Shown here piece by piece: positions 19,412 to 28,992 of a stretch of DNA of 64,000 nt. The notes under the pieces were generated by a model, which saw only the letters and a program-made list of their open reading frames with translations, ran no database searches and was not told the DNA's origin. The stretch is from Promethearchaeota archaeon Loki_b31 (GTDB lineage: Archaea; Asgardarchaeota; Lokiarchaeia; Sigyniarchaeales; SOKP01): contig NJBI01000006.1 in assembly GCA_005222975.1 (NCBI GenBank), forward strand, positions 38,698-102,697. Reading direction: 5' to 3'. Position numbers and translations under genes: made by a program. Position 1 is the stretch's first letter. Each line of letters starts with the position of its first letter.

Positions 19412-21319
19412 TTAATCCATCGAATTCTCCTTGTCAAAATACACTTCGTAAAACAATTCTTTTTCACCCACTTCAGGTGGATTAATTTTAGTATACCCTC
19501 CTTTTCGGATAATTTGGACTGTGCTTTTATTTTGAATGTGAATGCTGCCATAAAATCCTTTTATCCCTTTTTCTTTCGCGATGATAATTAAATGGCGATA
19601 GAGAAAGGAACCTATGCCTCTTCCTCTATAATCTTCTCTTACTACAAAACTATATTCTGCTAAATTCATGGCTGGATTTAAATAATAAGTAGCGTTTCCT
19701 ATCATGTCTTCGTTTCCGATCTCTCCCACATACGCCCCTATAGAAAATACCTTATTATAATCGATATTAACTTCACATTGCGTCTTAGAATGTGTGAATT
19801 CCTTCCTAACTTCAAAAAAACGTAAATATCTATCTCTCTCGTTTAAGGAATAATAAAGTTCTTTTAATAAAGGCTCGTCAGTGGTTCTAACTGGTCTAAC
19901 TACGATTTTTTCGTTATCTCTTGCGGTGTATATAGTTTCGTATATAGAAGGATAAATACATATTTTTCCTTGCTCGTCGCAAGGTAGAATTTGATCCGAA
20001 TAAATGTAATTTAACTTTTTCGCGTGTTCTAACAACTGTTCTCTAAATTTAGGGTGAGCTACGCAAATTAATTCAATAACTCGCTCTCTAATTGTCTTAC
20101 CGTGTACATAAGCAACGCCCCATTCGGTAACTACATAATGAATGTCTGCTCGAGATAAAATTACACCAGCACCTTCATCTAAATGAGGTACTATATTTGA
20201 AACTGTATCATTTTTTCTTGTCGACGAGAGCACAACAATCGGTTTTCCACCTTTAGAAAAAGCAGCCCCCCTCATGAAATCTACCGTATCCCCAATCCCA
20301 GAATAAAAGTTATACCCTTTAGTTGAAGTATTAACTTGCCCCGTTAAATCAATTTGCAACGCTTGGTTTATAGAAACCATTTTTTTATTCATTCCAATGT
20401 ATTTTGGATTACATACATAGTCACTAGGATAAAACTCAATATACGGGTTATTATTTACGAAGTCATATAATTTTTTAGTACCTAACGCGAAACTTGTTAT
20501 AATCTTTTCAGGGTGAAAATTCTTCTTTCTACAAGTTAGAACTGCGTTTTCTATCAAGGGAATTATATTATCAGTAATATAATGGCTATGCATGCCTAAA
20601 TCTTTTTTATTCATTAAATGTTTTAAGCAGGCGTTCGGTAAATAACCGTTACCAATATGAATTGTCGATTTATTTTCAATTAAATTTGCCACATTCTTTC
20701 CAATTTTTCCCGAAACATCAATTTTTTCTTTAAATTGGAACTCTAACAGTGGCGCATCGTTGTAAACGAAATAATCGATGTCTTTCATATGAATAAAGCT
20801 ATTACCCAAGGTTCGGGGCATTTGAGGGTTAATTTCTGCTATTGTTAGATAAGCAGCTTGGGCTATGGGTTTTGCTACATCAATGTTAATCCCAAACGAA
20901 CAAAAACCGTAACGATCTGGTGGTGTGACTTGAATAAGAGCAACATCGCAATTTTTACGCCCTGAAAGAAATAAAGAAGGAATTTCGCTTGCTAATATTG
21001 GTGTATAGTCAGCTTGCCCTTTATTTATCTCCTCTCGTAGGGTTTTACCTATGAAAAAAGCGTTATGTCTAAAAAGATCTTCCGCTTTATCTTTAAAGTA
21101 TTTTTCAGGACCAATCGTAAGAAAATGTATAATCTCCGTATCAATTAAGCTTTCAGAAGATTTAATTAATTCAGCAGTAAGCGCTTGAGGCTCCGAACAC
21201 GCAGAACCTATGAATACGCGATTCCCAAGAATAATCTTCTTTATGGCTCCTTTTGCAGTAATTTCTTTATCTTTCCATTTTTCCCGCCATTCCCCGTCTA
21301 ACGAATCAATTTGGTCCAT
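19412..21319 (-). CDS. Acetyl-CoA hydrolase/CoA-transferase-like domains fused to a C-terminal GNAT acetyltransferase
   Basis: DVALIQVTPPD, EINPQMPRT, YVVTEWG, AHPKFRE; GNAT RYLRFF...YRGRGIGS. Confidence 0.88.
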   Translation of the reverse strand: MDQIDSLDGEWREKWKDKEITAKGAIKKIILGNRVFIGSACSEPQALTAELIKSSESLIDTEIIHFLTIGPEKYFKDKAEDLFRHNAFFIGKTLREEINKGQADYTPILASEIPSLFLSGRKNCDVALIQVTPPDRYGFCSFGINIDVAKPIAQAAYLTIAEINPQMPRTLGNSFIHMKDIDYFVYNDAPLLEFQFKEKIDVSGKIGKNVANLIENKSTIHIGNGYLPNACLKHLMNKKDLGMHSHYITDNIIPLIENAVLTCRKKNFHPEKIITSFALGTKKLYDFVNNNPYIEFYPSDYVCNPKYIGMNKKMVSINQALQIDLTGQVNTSTKGYNFYSGIGDTVDFMRGAAFSKGGKPIVVLSSTRKNDTVSNIVPHLDEGAGVILSRADIHYVVTEWGVAYVHGKTIRERVIELICVAHPKFREQLLEHAKKLNYIYSDQILPCDEQGKICIYPSIYETIYTARDNEKIVVRPVRTTDEPLLKELYYSLNERDRYLRFFEVRKEFTHSKTQCEVNIDYNKVFSIGAYVGEIGNEDMIGNATYYLNPAMNLAEYSFVVREDYRGRGIGSFLYRHLIIIAKEKGIKGFYGSIHIQNKSTVQIIRKGGYTKINPPEVGEKELFYEVYFDKENSMD

Positions 21320-21510
21320 TTTAAGATTCTTATTTTATTTTATTTTAATTTTTCCTTTATTTTTAAAAAATAGTTAGGTCGTATATCTTTAATATTTTTA
21401 CTTTAATCACTTAAAATTTTTGAAATTAAAAATATACCTTTCAGCTATTCTTATAACTTTCTTCCACCAAAAATAGTAATTTAGTAATTTATTTATTTTC
21501 TAAATTCTTA

Positions 21511-21735
21511 ATGATCAATATGTCAAAATGTCCGTATTGTAATGTAGAAATCCATTTAGAAGATTTTTTCGATGTTATTGAGAAAGAGACTAAAAAAGGA
21601 ATAATTAAAAAAAGAATCGGAGCCTTTAAAGGAGAAAGAATAAATGTTGGAATTGGTTTTAATAGGGTAAGAATATGGGTTTGTCCATCGTGCGATAAGA
21701 TTTTAGGTTTTTCAGAATCTGCTTATAAAAGTTAA
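21511..21735 (+). CDS. Small zinc-finger protein
   Basis: CPYC...CPSCDKILG. Confidence 0.7.
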   Translation: MINMSKCPYCNVEIHLEDFFDVIEKETKKGIIKKRIGAFKGERINVGIGFNRVRIWVCPSCDKILGFSESAYKS

Positions 21736-22008
21736 TGGTTCCATTTCTAAGATTTTTTATTTTAATAATTTTTTTGAACATTGTGTTTATTGAATCGTAT
21801 ACCCATAGTACCCTTTTTATATTATTTATAAATAAAATCTTTAAAAATAATATCACATATTATCTTCTTGAATCAATACTGTCCATTTAATCCAAAAAGT
21901 TTAAATGTGATAAGATTGAAAAAAAACCTTTAAAATTCTTAAAGAATTTAAAAAACCAAGAAAATCTAACTATACAATTAAATTAGTTATTCAAATTAGT
22001 GAAATATT

Positions 22009-23991
22009 ATGTCAGAAAAAGACACAAAAATGGAAAGTGTACTCACTGAAAATCGGATATTTAATCCCGTAGAACTCAATCCCGACTATGTGAAATCTGG
22101 AATGTCAATGGAAGAATACCAGAAGTTATATAAACGATCCATCGGAGATATGGAAGGGTTCTGGGACGAACAAGCTAAATCAATCGATTGGTTTAAACCC
22201 TACGATAAAGTATGGGAAAAAACTGATCTATTCCCTGGAAAATGGTTTGTTGGCGGAAAACTTAATGTAGCCTACAATTGTCTTGACAGACATGTGAAAG
22301 CAGGCAATGGAGATCGAGTCGCTATTATATGGGAGGCAGACGAACCCGGTCAAGTGAGAAAATTTACATATACCGAGCTTTTAAAAGAAGTAAGTAAAGT
22401 AGCTAACGGTATGAGAGATTTAGGACTGAAAAAGGGCGATAGAGTAACAATTTGGTTACCAATGATTCCCGAATTAGCGATAATAATGCTAGCTTGTGCC
22501 CGAATCGGTGTAATTCATTCCATAGTATTCGGTGGATTCTCGAAAGAAGCTGTGAAAGATAGAGTGAAAGATTCTGATTCGCGACTATTATTTACGAGCG
22601 ACGAAACTTTACGCGCTGGTAAAATCTACCCAAAAATGGCTGATGTCGTTAAAATTATTGATGATCTACCTACAATCGAACATGTTATTGTCGTTAAGCG
22701 TACAGGAAACGAAATCCCTCACACAGATAAAGACATATGGTATGACGAATTTATCGGTGGAATGAACGACGAGTGTGAACCCGAAGAGATGGACTCCGAA
22801 GATACACTATTTTTACTCTATACAAGCGGAACCACAGGAAAACCAAAAGGCGTTAAACACACAACAGCCGGATATATCTTATATACATCGATCACTCACA
22901 GAGTTGTATTCAACTACAAGGAAGGCGAAGTTTGGTATTGTACCGCAGACATAGGTTGGATAACGGGTCATAGTTATATCGTATATGGGCCTTTAGCGAA
23001 TGGAGCAACTACTTTAATGTTTGAAAGCGTTCCAACATATCCAGATGTAGATCGTTTTTGGGACATTGTAGAACGCCATAAAGTTAACCAATTTTATACA
23101 GCTCCAACTGCAATACGCGCTCTAATGAGACACGGTGATGAACCAGTAAATAAACACGATCTAAGTTCATTAAAAGTCCTGGGTACTGTTGGAGAACCAA
23201 TAAATCCTGAAGCATGGACATGGTATCATAGAGTTGTTGGTAAAGAGAAATGTCCTATAGTTGATACTTACTGGCAAACTGAAACCGGTGGGTTTATTAT
23301 GACCCCAATTGCTACAGCAACACCCACAAAACCTGGGTCTTGTTGCATGCCTTTTTTCGGCATCAAACCAGTTATTTTTGACTTAGAAGGTGATGAAATC
23401 ACCGAACCAAACGAAGGCGGTTACTTTGCAATTCAAACACCCTGGCCGGGAATGTTACGCGATGTTTGGGGTGATACAGAGAGATTTAAATCGACTTATC
23501 TCGAAAAATATCCAGGACATTATTACACTGGTGATGGAGCACGAACAGATGAAGATGGCTATTATTGGATCCTTGGGCGATTGGACGATGTTATTAAGGT
23601 ATCCGGACACCGCATAGGAACAATGGAAGTAGAATCTGCTATAGTGAGTCATCCAAAAGTAGCGGAAGCTGCCGTAGCACCCTTTCCGCATAAAATAAAA
23701 GGGCAAGCTATTTGGGCGTTCGTGACATTAATGGGTGGCATTGAAAAATCAGCGAAATTATCGAAAGAGATTCGTATGCATGTTAGACAAGAGATTGGTC
23801 CAGTATTTCAACCGGATGTAATTCAATTTGCTGATGCCTTGCCTAAAACGCGAAGTGGTAAGATTATGCGCAGAATTCTTAAAGCTATAGCTTCGGGCAC
23901 AGAAATAGGTAATGTTACCACATTAGCCGATCCTTCCGTCGTTGATGTATTGCTTGAAGAGCGGAAGAAAATGGATGTCGAAGTAGGTTAA
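22009..23991 (+). CDS. acs: AMP-forming acetyl-CoA synthetase
   Basis: YTSGTTGKPKG, DTYWQTETG, GDGAR, LPKTRSGKIMRR. Confidence 0.95.
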   Translation: MSEKDTKMESVLTENRIFNPVELNPDYVKSGMSMEEYQKLYKRSIGDMEGFWDEQAKSIDWFKPYDKVWEKTDLFPGKWFVGGKLNVAYNCLDRHVKAGNGDRVAIIWEADEPGQVRKFTYTELLKEVSKVANGMRDLGLKKGDRVTIWLPMIPELAIIMLACARIGVIHSIVFGGFSKEAVKDRVKDSDSRLLFTSDETLRAGKIYPKMADVVKIIDDLPTIEHVIVVKRTGNEIPHTDKDIWYDEFIGGMNDECEPEEMDSEDTLFLLYTSGTTGKPKGVKHTTAGYILYTSITHRVVFNYKEGEVWYCTADIGWITGHSYIVYGPLANGATTLMFESVPTYPDVDRFWDIVERHKVNQFYTAPTAIRALMRHGDEPVNKHDLSSLKVLGTVGEPINPEAWTWYHRVVGKEKCPIVDTYWQTETGGFIMTPIATATPTKPGSCCMPFFGIKPVIFDLEGDEITEPNEGGYFAIQTPWPGMLRDVWGDTERFKSTYLEKYPGHYYTGDGARTDEDGYYWILGRLDDVIKVSGHRIGTMEVESAIVSHPKVAEAAVAPFPHKIKGQAIWAFVTLMGGIEKSAKLSKEIRMHVRQEIGPVFQPDVIQFADALPKTRSGKIMRRILKAIASGTEIGNVTTLADPSVVDVLLEERKKMDVEVG

Positions 23992-23994
23992 ATC

Positions 23995-24021
23995 ATTTTT
24001 TTTTATTTCTTTTTATATTTA
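23995..24021 (+). terminator. Oligo(T) archaeal terminator after acs
   Basis: Long T tract directly after the stop codon. Confidence 0.45.
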
Positions 24022-24110
24022 TTACCTTACAATTTATTTATATCATTGTTCGAATATAAGATAACCAATATTTAAATGATCATATGTATATATATATCTA
24101 GTGAGTAAAA

Positions 24111-24344
24111 ATGCCATCACGATCAATTTCAATAAAGGAAGAAATCTATAATCAACTTGACAAATATCGATTAAAGAATGAAAGCTTCTCAGAGGCGATA
24201 AAAAGATTACTAGAATCTAACGCTGATATTCTAGATTTAGCTGGGGCTTGGAAAAAAATCAATGATGTGGAGCCTGCATTGGCTATAGTTGAAAAAATCG
24301 TAAAAAAAATACATGAAGAAGAAATTGATATTAAATTGATATAA
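24111..24344 (+). CDS. vapB: VapB-type antitoxin
   Basis: RSISIKEEIYNQL...ESFSEAIKRLL...AGAW, directly upstream of a PIN toxin gene. Confidence 0.85.
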   Translation: MPSRSISIKEEIYNQLDKYRLKNESFSEAIKRLLESNADILDLAGAWKKINDVEPALAIVEKIVKKIHEEEIDIKLI

Positions 24345-24345
24345 A

Positions 24346-24777
24346 ATGGCTGTTTTAATAGACACTAACATCATTATTGGTTTCTTGAAAGAAGATGCAT
24401 TAATTGTTGAAAAAATACGAGAATATATAAAAAACAAAATTCCTATTTTTACATCTACAATTTCTATTTATGAGATCTATACAGGAATTGTTGCTAATCT
24501 ATACCTAAAAGGGGGTAGACCATCCAAGGTTCCAGAATTATTAGTTGCTTATGATAAATTCCTTTTAAAGTGTGGAATTCTTAACTTTACAAGAGAATCT
24601 GCTGAAAAAGCAGCAGATATTTATGCGCAATCACAAGGAAAGGGAATCACTATTAAAGAAAAGGATTGTCAAATTGCTGGAATTGCGTTAGCTCATGGAA
24701 TTACAGAAGTCTATACTCAAGACGTACAAGATTTTTCAAGGATATTTGATATAGTTGGATTGAAATACATCGGATAA
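24346..24777 (+). CDS. vapC: VapC PIN-domain toxin
   Basis: LIDTNII, SIYEI, DCQIAGIAL, TQDVQDF acidic PIN residues. Confidence 0.9.
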   Translation: MAVLIDTNIIIGFLKEDALIVEKIREYIKNKIPIFTSTISIYEIYTGIVANLYLKGGRPSKVPELLVAYDKFLLKCGILNFTRESAEKAADIYAQSQGKGITIKEKDCQIAGIALAHGITEVYTQDVQDFSRIFDIVGLKYIG

Positions 24778-24875
24778 AAACCCGTTGAAACTTCTTTATC
24801 TAATCCTTTATTCCGAAGAATTAAGTCAACTTAAATTAATTTCTTATACTTTAGATAAACTTTCGTTTTTTTATA

Positions 24876-25001
24876 TTATTCCTTTTCCCATTTTTGGCGT
24901 TCGGATAGTACTTTAAAGATGTCAATATCCTTGTATATAATTCCTTCTTTTTTGGCTGGAAGCGCATGTTTAATTCGTTCTTTTTCGGGGGTCTTAATCA
25001 A
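24876..25001 (-). CDS. Possible 41-aa ORF or gene remnant
   Basis: TTG start preceded by GGTG; translates as MIKTPEKERIKHALPAKKEGIIYKDIDIFKVLSERQKWEKE. Confidence 0.25.
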   Translation of the reverse strand: MIKTPEKERIKHALPAKKEGIIYKDIDIFKVLSERQKWEKE

Positions 25002-25285
25002 TGAAACACCGAATTTTGTTACAAATTTTTAGAAAATAACCCAACTAATGTTAAAAAGAGTAATTTTTGCGAATAAATTTTTAATCCTTTAGGAGACAAT
25101 CTTATTCTCCATAGGAAAAAAAAATTAACAATTTTTGTGTAGTTTTAAAAAACCCTTTTAAGAGGGTTAAACAAAGCGTTTATTGGGCTTTTTAAGTTAT
25201 TACTCATTTTACTATTAGACTGAGAAGTTATTTCATTTAGTGTAAGTTTATTTGTCAAGTATAAAGCTAGTAGAGGTTAACTTTT

Positions 25286-27064
25286 TTGAATTTAGAGAGA
25301 AAGAAGTACAAAAGTTATAAAACTTGGCTCCTTCACCATCTTTACAAAAATAAATTCTTGATATTGTTTGTTATAATAGGTATTATAATTGTTACTTTTA
25401 CAAGAACTCTAATACCTATAATTATTGGCGAGATAGTAGATGACGCCTTAATTGCTCTTGATTACGATAAATTCATAACGCTCCTTATTATGGGGTTAGC
25501 AATTTATCTTATCCGTAATGTTATGGATTATGGAACGATGATGACTGGCCACTATCTTGGTTTGAAAACCGAGCAAAATATGAGGCAAGAGTTTTTTGAG
25601 ACTATCCAGCATAAACCTTTAAGATATCACGATAACGCTAAAGCTGGGGATTTGCAGGCTCTAGCAACCAATGATGTGCGTATAATCAATACGATGATTT
25701 CCCACGGAAGTTTTTTTTTCTATCCATTCTTTCAAGTGGCAATAACTTTGCTCCTCCTTATTACTACAATAGATATAAGATTAGCTTTAGCATGTATTCC
25801 TTTTGTTTTTTTTTATATTTACTTTATTTTGTATTATCGCAGAAAAATTGCGCCGTTTGCCGCTAAAAGGTTAAGAAAACATTCAAATTTAGCAGTTGTA
25901 TTACAAGATAGTATAACAGGTGCCTCTGTAGTCAGATCTTTTGCTGCGGAAGGTTTAGAACGAAAAAAGTTTAAGAAAGCAGTAAACGCTTTTAGAGATA
26001 ACTCCATCGGAGAATATAAAGTACAAGCAAAATATTTTCCTATGTTAGTTCTATACATAACCATTGGAATTACACTTATTTTTAGCCTTGTATTTGTATT
26101 CCAGAATTCATTAACCATTGGAGAATTAGCCGCTACGAATCTACTTTTGATAACTCTTGTAGATCCAACTAACCTTATTTGGTGGGCTACTAATGATATG
26201 ATGAGTGGGTTTGCGGCTTGTTCACGCTTGTTCACAGCATTATCCAACGATTATAACGAGGATCAACGAATTAAGAACCAACCGTGGCCGAAGGAGTTCA
26301 AAGGAAAAATAGAATTTAGAGATGTAACTTTTGCATATGAAAATGGAGAAAAAAACCGACCTCCTGTCCTGAAAAATCTCAATTTCACTATCGAACCAAA
26401 CCAAAAAGTCGCTCTAGTTGGCCCCACAGGGTGTGGCAAAACAACTATCGCAAAATTACTGCTCCTCCTTTATGAACCCCAACAAGGGACCATTTTATTG
26501 GATGGAAAAAACATTCAGGATTATCCCCTTGAAGAATTAAGAAGAAAAATGGGCTATATAGAGCAAGACATCTACTTGTTTTCGCAAACTATACTTGAAA
26601 ATATCGCTTTTGGAAACCAAAATGCTATACACAACGAAATAATTAACGTAGCAAAACTTGCCCAAGTTGATGATTTTGTGCAAAATTTCACGGACGGATA
26701 CAATACAGTTGTAGGTGAAAGAGGAACGCGGCTCTCTGGAGGAGAGAAACAGCGGGTGGCTATTGCTCGAGCTTTTCTAACTAATCCTGCCATTCTAATA
26801 CTTGACGATTCTGTTTCTGCGATTGATAGTGAAACGGAGGAGAAGATTGGGCGAGCGATGGAAAATATAATAAAGAATAGAACTACTCTAATAATAACTC
26901 ATCGCCTTCATACCATACGGACATCTGATAAAATTTTAGTGCTCAAGCACGGAAGAATTGTAGCGGAAGGAAATCACTCAGAATTATTTCAAGCATCTGA
27001 AGATTACAGGCGAATTTTTGGGAAACGAGTGTCTTTATCAGATTTTAAAACGAATAATGCTTAA
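25286..27064 (+). CDS. Heterodimeric ABC exporter, subunit 1 (TMD+NBD, degenerate Walker B)
   Basis: GPTGCGKT, LSGGEKQR, ILDDSVS (Asp replaces the catalytic Glu). Confidence 0.92.
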   Translation: MNLERKKYKSYKTWLLHHLYKNKFLILFVIIGIIIVTFTRTLIPIIIGEIVDDALIALDYDKFITLLIMGLAIYLIRNVMDYGTMMTGHYLGLKTEQNMRQEFFETIQHKPLRYHDNAKAGDLQALATNDVRIINTMISHGSFFFYPFFQVAITLLLLITTIDIRLALACIPFVFFYIYFILYYRRKIAPFAAKRLRKHSNLAVVLQDSITGASVVRSFAAEGLERKKFKKAVNAFRDNSIGEYKVQAKYFPMLVLYITIGITLIFSLVFVFQNSLTIGELAATNLLLITLVDPTNLIWWATNDMMSGFAACSRLFTALSNDYNEDQRIKNQPWPKEFKGKIEFRDVTFAYENGEKNRPPVLKNLNFTIEPNQKVALVGPTGCGKTTIAKLLLLLYEPQQGTILLDGKNIQDYPLEELRRKMGYIEQDIYLFSQTILENIAFGNQNAIHNEIINVAKLAQVDDFVQNFTDGYNTVVGERGTRLSGGEKQRVAIARAFLTNPAILILDDSVSAIDSETEEKIGRAMENIIKNRTTLIITHRLHTIRTSDKILVLKHGRIVAEGNHSELFQASEDYRRIFGKRVSLSDFKTNNA

Positions 27065-27076
27065 AGAGGTATCATA

Positions 27077-28897
27077 ATGGGACTCTATGCTGGAATGATG
27101 AACGAGGAACAGAAACGAGAATATTCCGATCGTGAACTACTAGTCAGGTTTGTTAGGAGAGTTGCACCGTTTAGGAAAAGCATAGTTCTAATCTCATTGC
27201 TTATCTTCATTACTGCAATAGCTGAAACTGTAAATCCTCTTTTAATTGGAATTGCAATTGACGAACTTTCTAGTATTAACAGTAATCCTCTGATTTTATT
27301 GGGAGTAGGGGGGCTGTACTTTATTCTTTCTATTCTACTTTGGATAATGTTTTTCTTACGGCGTAAAGAAATAGGAAAGTTTGTTCCTTTTTTTTTGGAA
27401 AAGCTCCGAATGGATACTTTTGATAAATTACAAGAGCAAGACATGAGCTTTTTCGATAAGCATCTGAGCGGTAAACTAAATACCAGAGTATCTAACGATG
27501 CCTTAGATTTGGGGAATACAACGCTCCTATTAGTGGATACTCTCGGTAACTTTCTTATAAGTGTATTGACCTTTGGAATGCTTCTATGGCTAAACCTGAC
27601 ATTAGCTCTCATAACATTAATAGCTATTCCTTTCATTTTTTTATTAGTTCTGTCGCTTAGGCGGTTAGTTAGGATTGTTAGTAGAGCTTACAGAAAAGCA
27701 ATTGGTAGTGTAAATGCTGCTATGGTTGAATCAATAGGGGGTATACATGTATCTAAAAGCTATGGACAGGAATCTACTGTTTCTAGGCAATTTCAAGAAA
27801 TTAACAAGCAATATTTTAAAGCAGGGTTTAGATTAACGTCCGTAACTCATATGTGGAGACCTCTGCTTGAAACCATTGCTTCTATTATGCTTATTATCAT
27901 CATTTTTTTTGGAGGTCAATTTGTCTTTCAAGGTATAACTAATCCCGGAACAATTTTTATGTTTGTTCTTTATATTCAGAAATTTTTCCGCCCTATAATG
28001 GTACTCTCCGTATTTTTCCCTCAACTTAGCTCAGGAATGGCAGCATATGAGCGAATACTAGATATCCTTGATTCTGAGCCAAATATAAGACAAAATCCAA
28101 ACGCAATTGATATCGATACTTTGGAAGGAGAAATTATTTTCAAAGATATCGACTTCTGCTATAGAGAAGGTGAATGGGTATTCAAAGGATTAAATCTGCA
28201 TATAAAAAAGGGAGAAAAAATAGCTATTGTGGGCCACACAGGGGCTGGGAAAACTTCATTGGTATCACTTTTAGCTCGATATTATGAGTTTCAAGGGGGA
28301 TCAATTGAAATTGATGGAATTGACATTAGGGACATGTCTTTAAACTCTTATAGAAGAAATCTAGGCAATGTACAGCAAGAAGTTTTTTTGTTTTCAGGTA
28401 CTATAGAAGAAAATATTCGATATGGCAGACAAGAAGCTTCAGAAGAAGATCTCTGGAACGCAATTAACACTGTGCACCTCGAAGAACTAATTGAATACCT
28501 ACCGGAAGGGTTGCAAACACAGATCGGTGAGAGGGGAAAAGGACTGTCGGCAGGCCAACAGCAACTAGTTAGCTTTGCTCGAGCAATATTAACTGATCCG
28601 CGGATTCTTATTCTTGACGAAGCCACATCGAGCGTTGATGCATATACTGAAGCAATTATTCAAGAAGCTCTTGAAGTTCTATTAGCAGATCGTACTTCAA
28701 TTGTTATTGCACATAGGCTCTCAACTATCGTGAATGCTGATCGAATAATTGTGATGGATAACGGGCAAATCGTTGAAGAGGGGACCCATCGTTCTTTGCT
28801 CGCACAAAGAGGAAAGTACGCTAATTTGTATAAAAAATATTTTGAGCATCAATGTTTCGATTGGCACCCGTCTCAAGTTTCTCAAGATATTGATTGA
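27077..28897 (+). CDS. Heterodimeric ABC exporter, subunit 2
   Basis: GHTGAGKT, LSAGQQQ, ILDEATS, AHRL. Confidence 0.92.
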   Translation: MGLYAGMMNEEQKREYSDRELLVRFVRRVAPFRKSIVLISLLIFITAIAETVNPLLIGIAIDELSSINSNPLILLGVGGLYFILSILLWIMFFLRRKEIGKFVPFFLEKLRMDTFDKLQEQDMSFFDKHLSGKLNTRVSNDALDLGNTTLLLVDTLGNFLISVLTFGMLLWLNLTLALITLIAIPFIFLLVLSLRRLVRIVSRAYRKAIGSVNAAMVESIGGIHVSKSYGQESTVSRQFQEINKQYFKAGFRLTSVTHMWRPLLETIASIMLIIIIFFGGQFVFQGITNPGTIFMFVLYIQKFFRPIMVLSVFFPQLSSGMAAYERILDILDSEPNIRQNPNAIDIDTLEGEIIFKDIDFCYREGEWVFKGLNLHIKKGEKIAIVGHTGAGKTSLVSLLARYYEFQGGSIEIDGIDIRDMSLNSYRRNLGNVQQEVFLFSGTIEENIRYGRQEASEEDLWNAINTVHLEELIEYLPEGLQTQIGERGKGLSAGQQQLVSFARAILTDPRILILDEATSSVDAYTEAIIQEALEVLLADRTSIVIAHRLSTIVNADRIIVMDNGQIVEEGTHRSLLAQRGKYANLYKKYFEHQCFDWHPSQVSQDID

Positions 28898-28992
28898 TCA
28901 AATTAAGTTTAAGGAAATAGTCATCGATTTCAAAACTCTTTAAACCAAAAATAGCTTTCTCTATATAAGATCATAATAAAGAGAAAATATAT

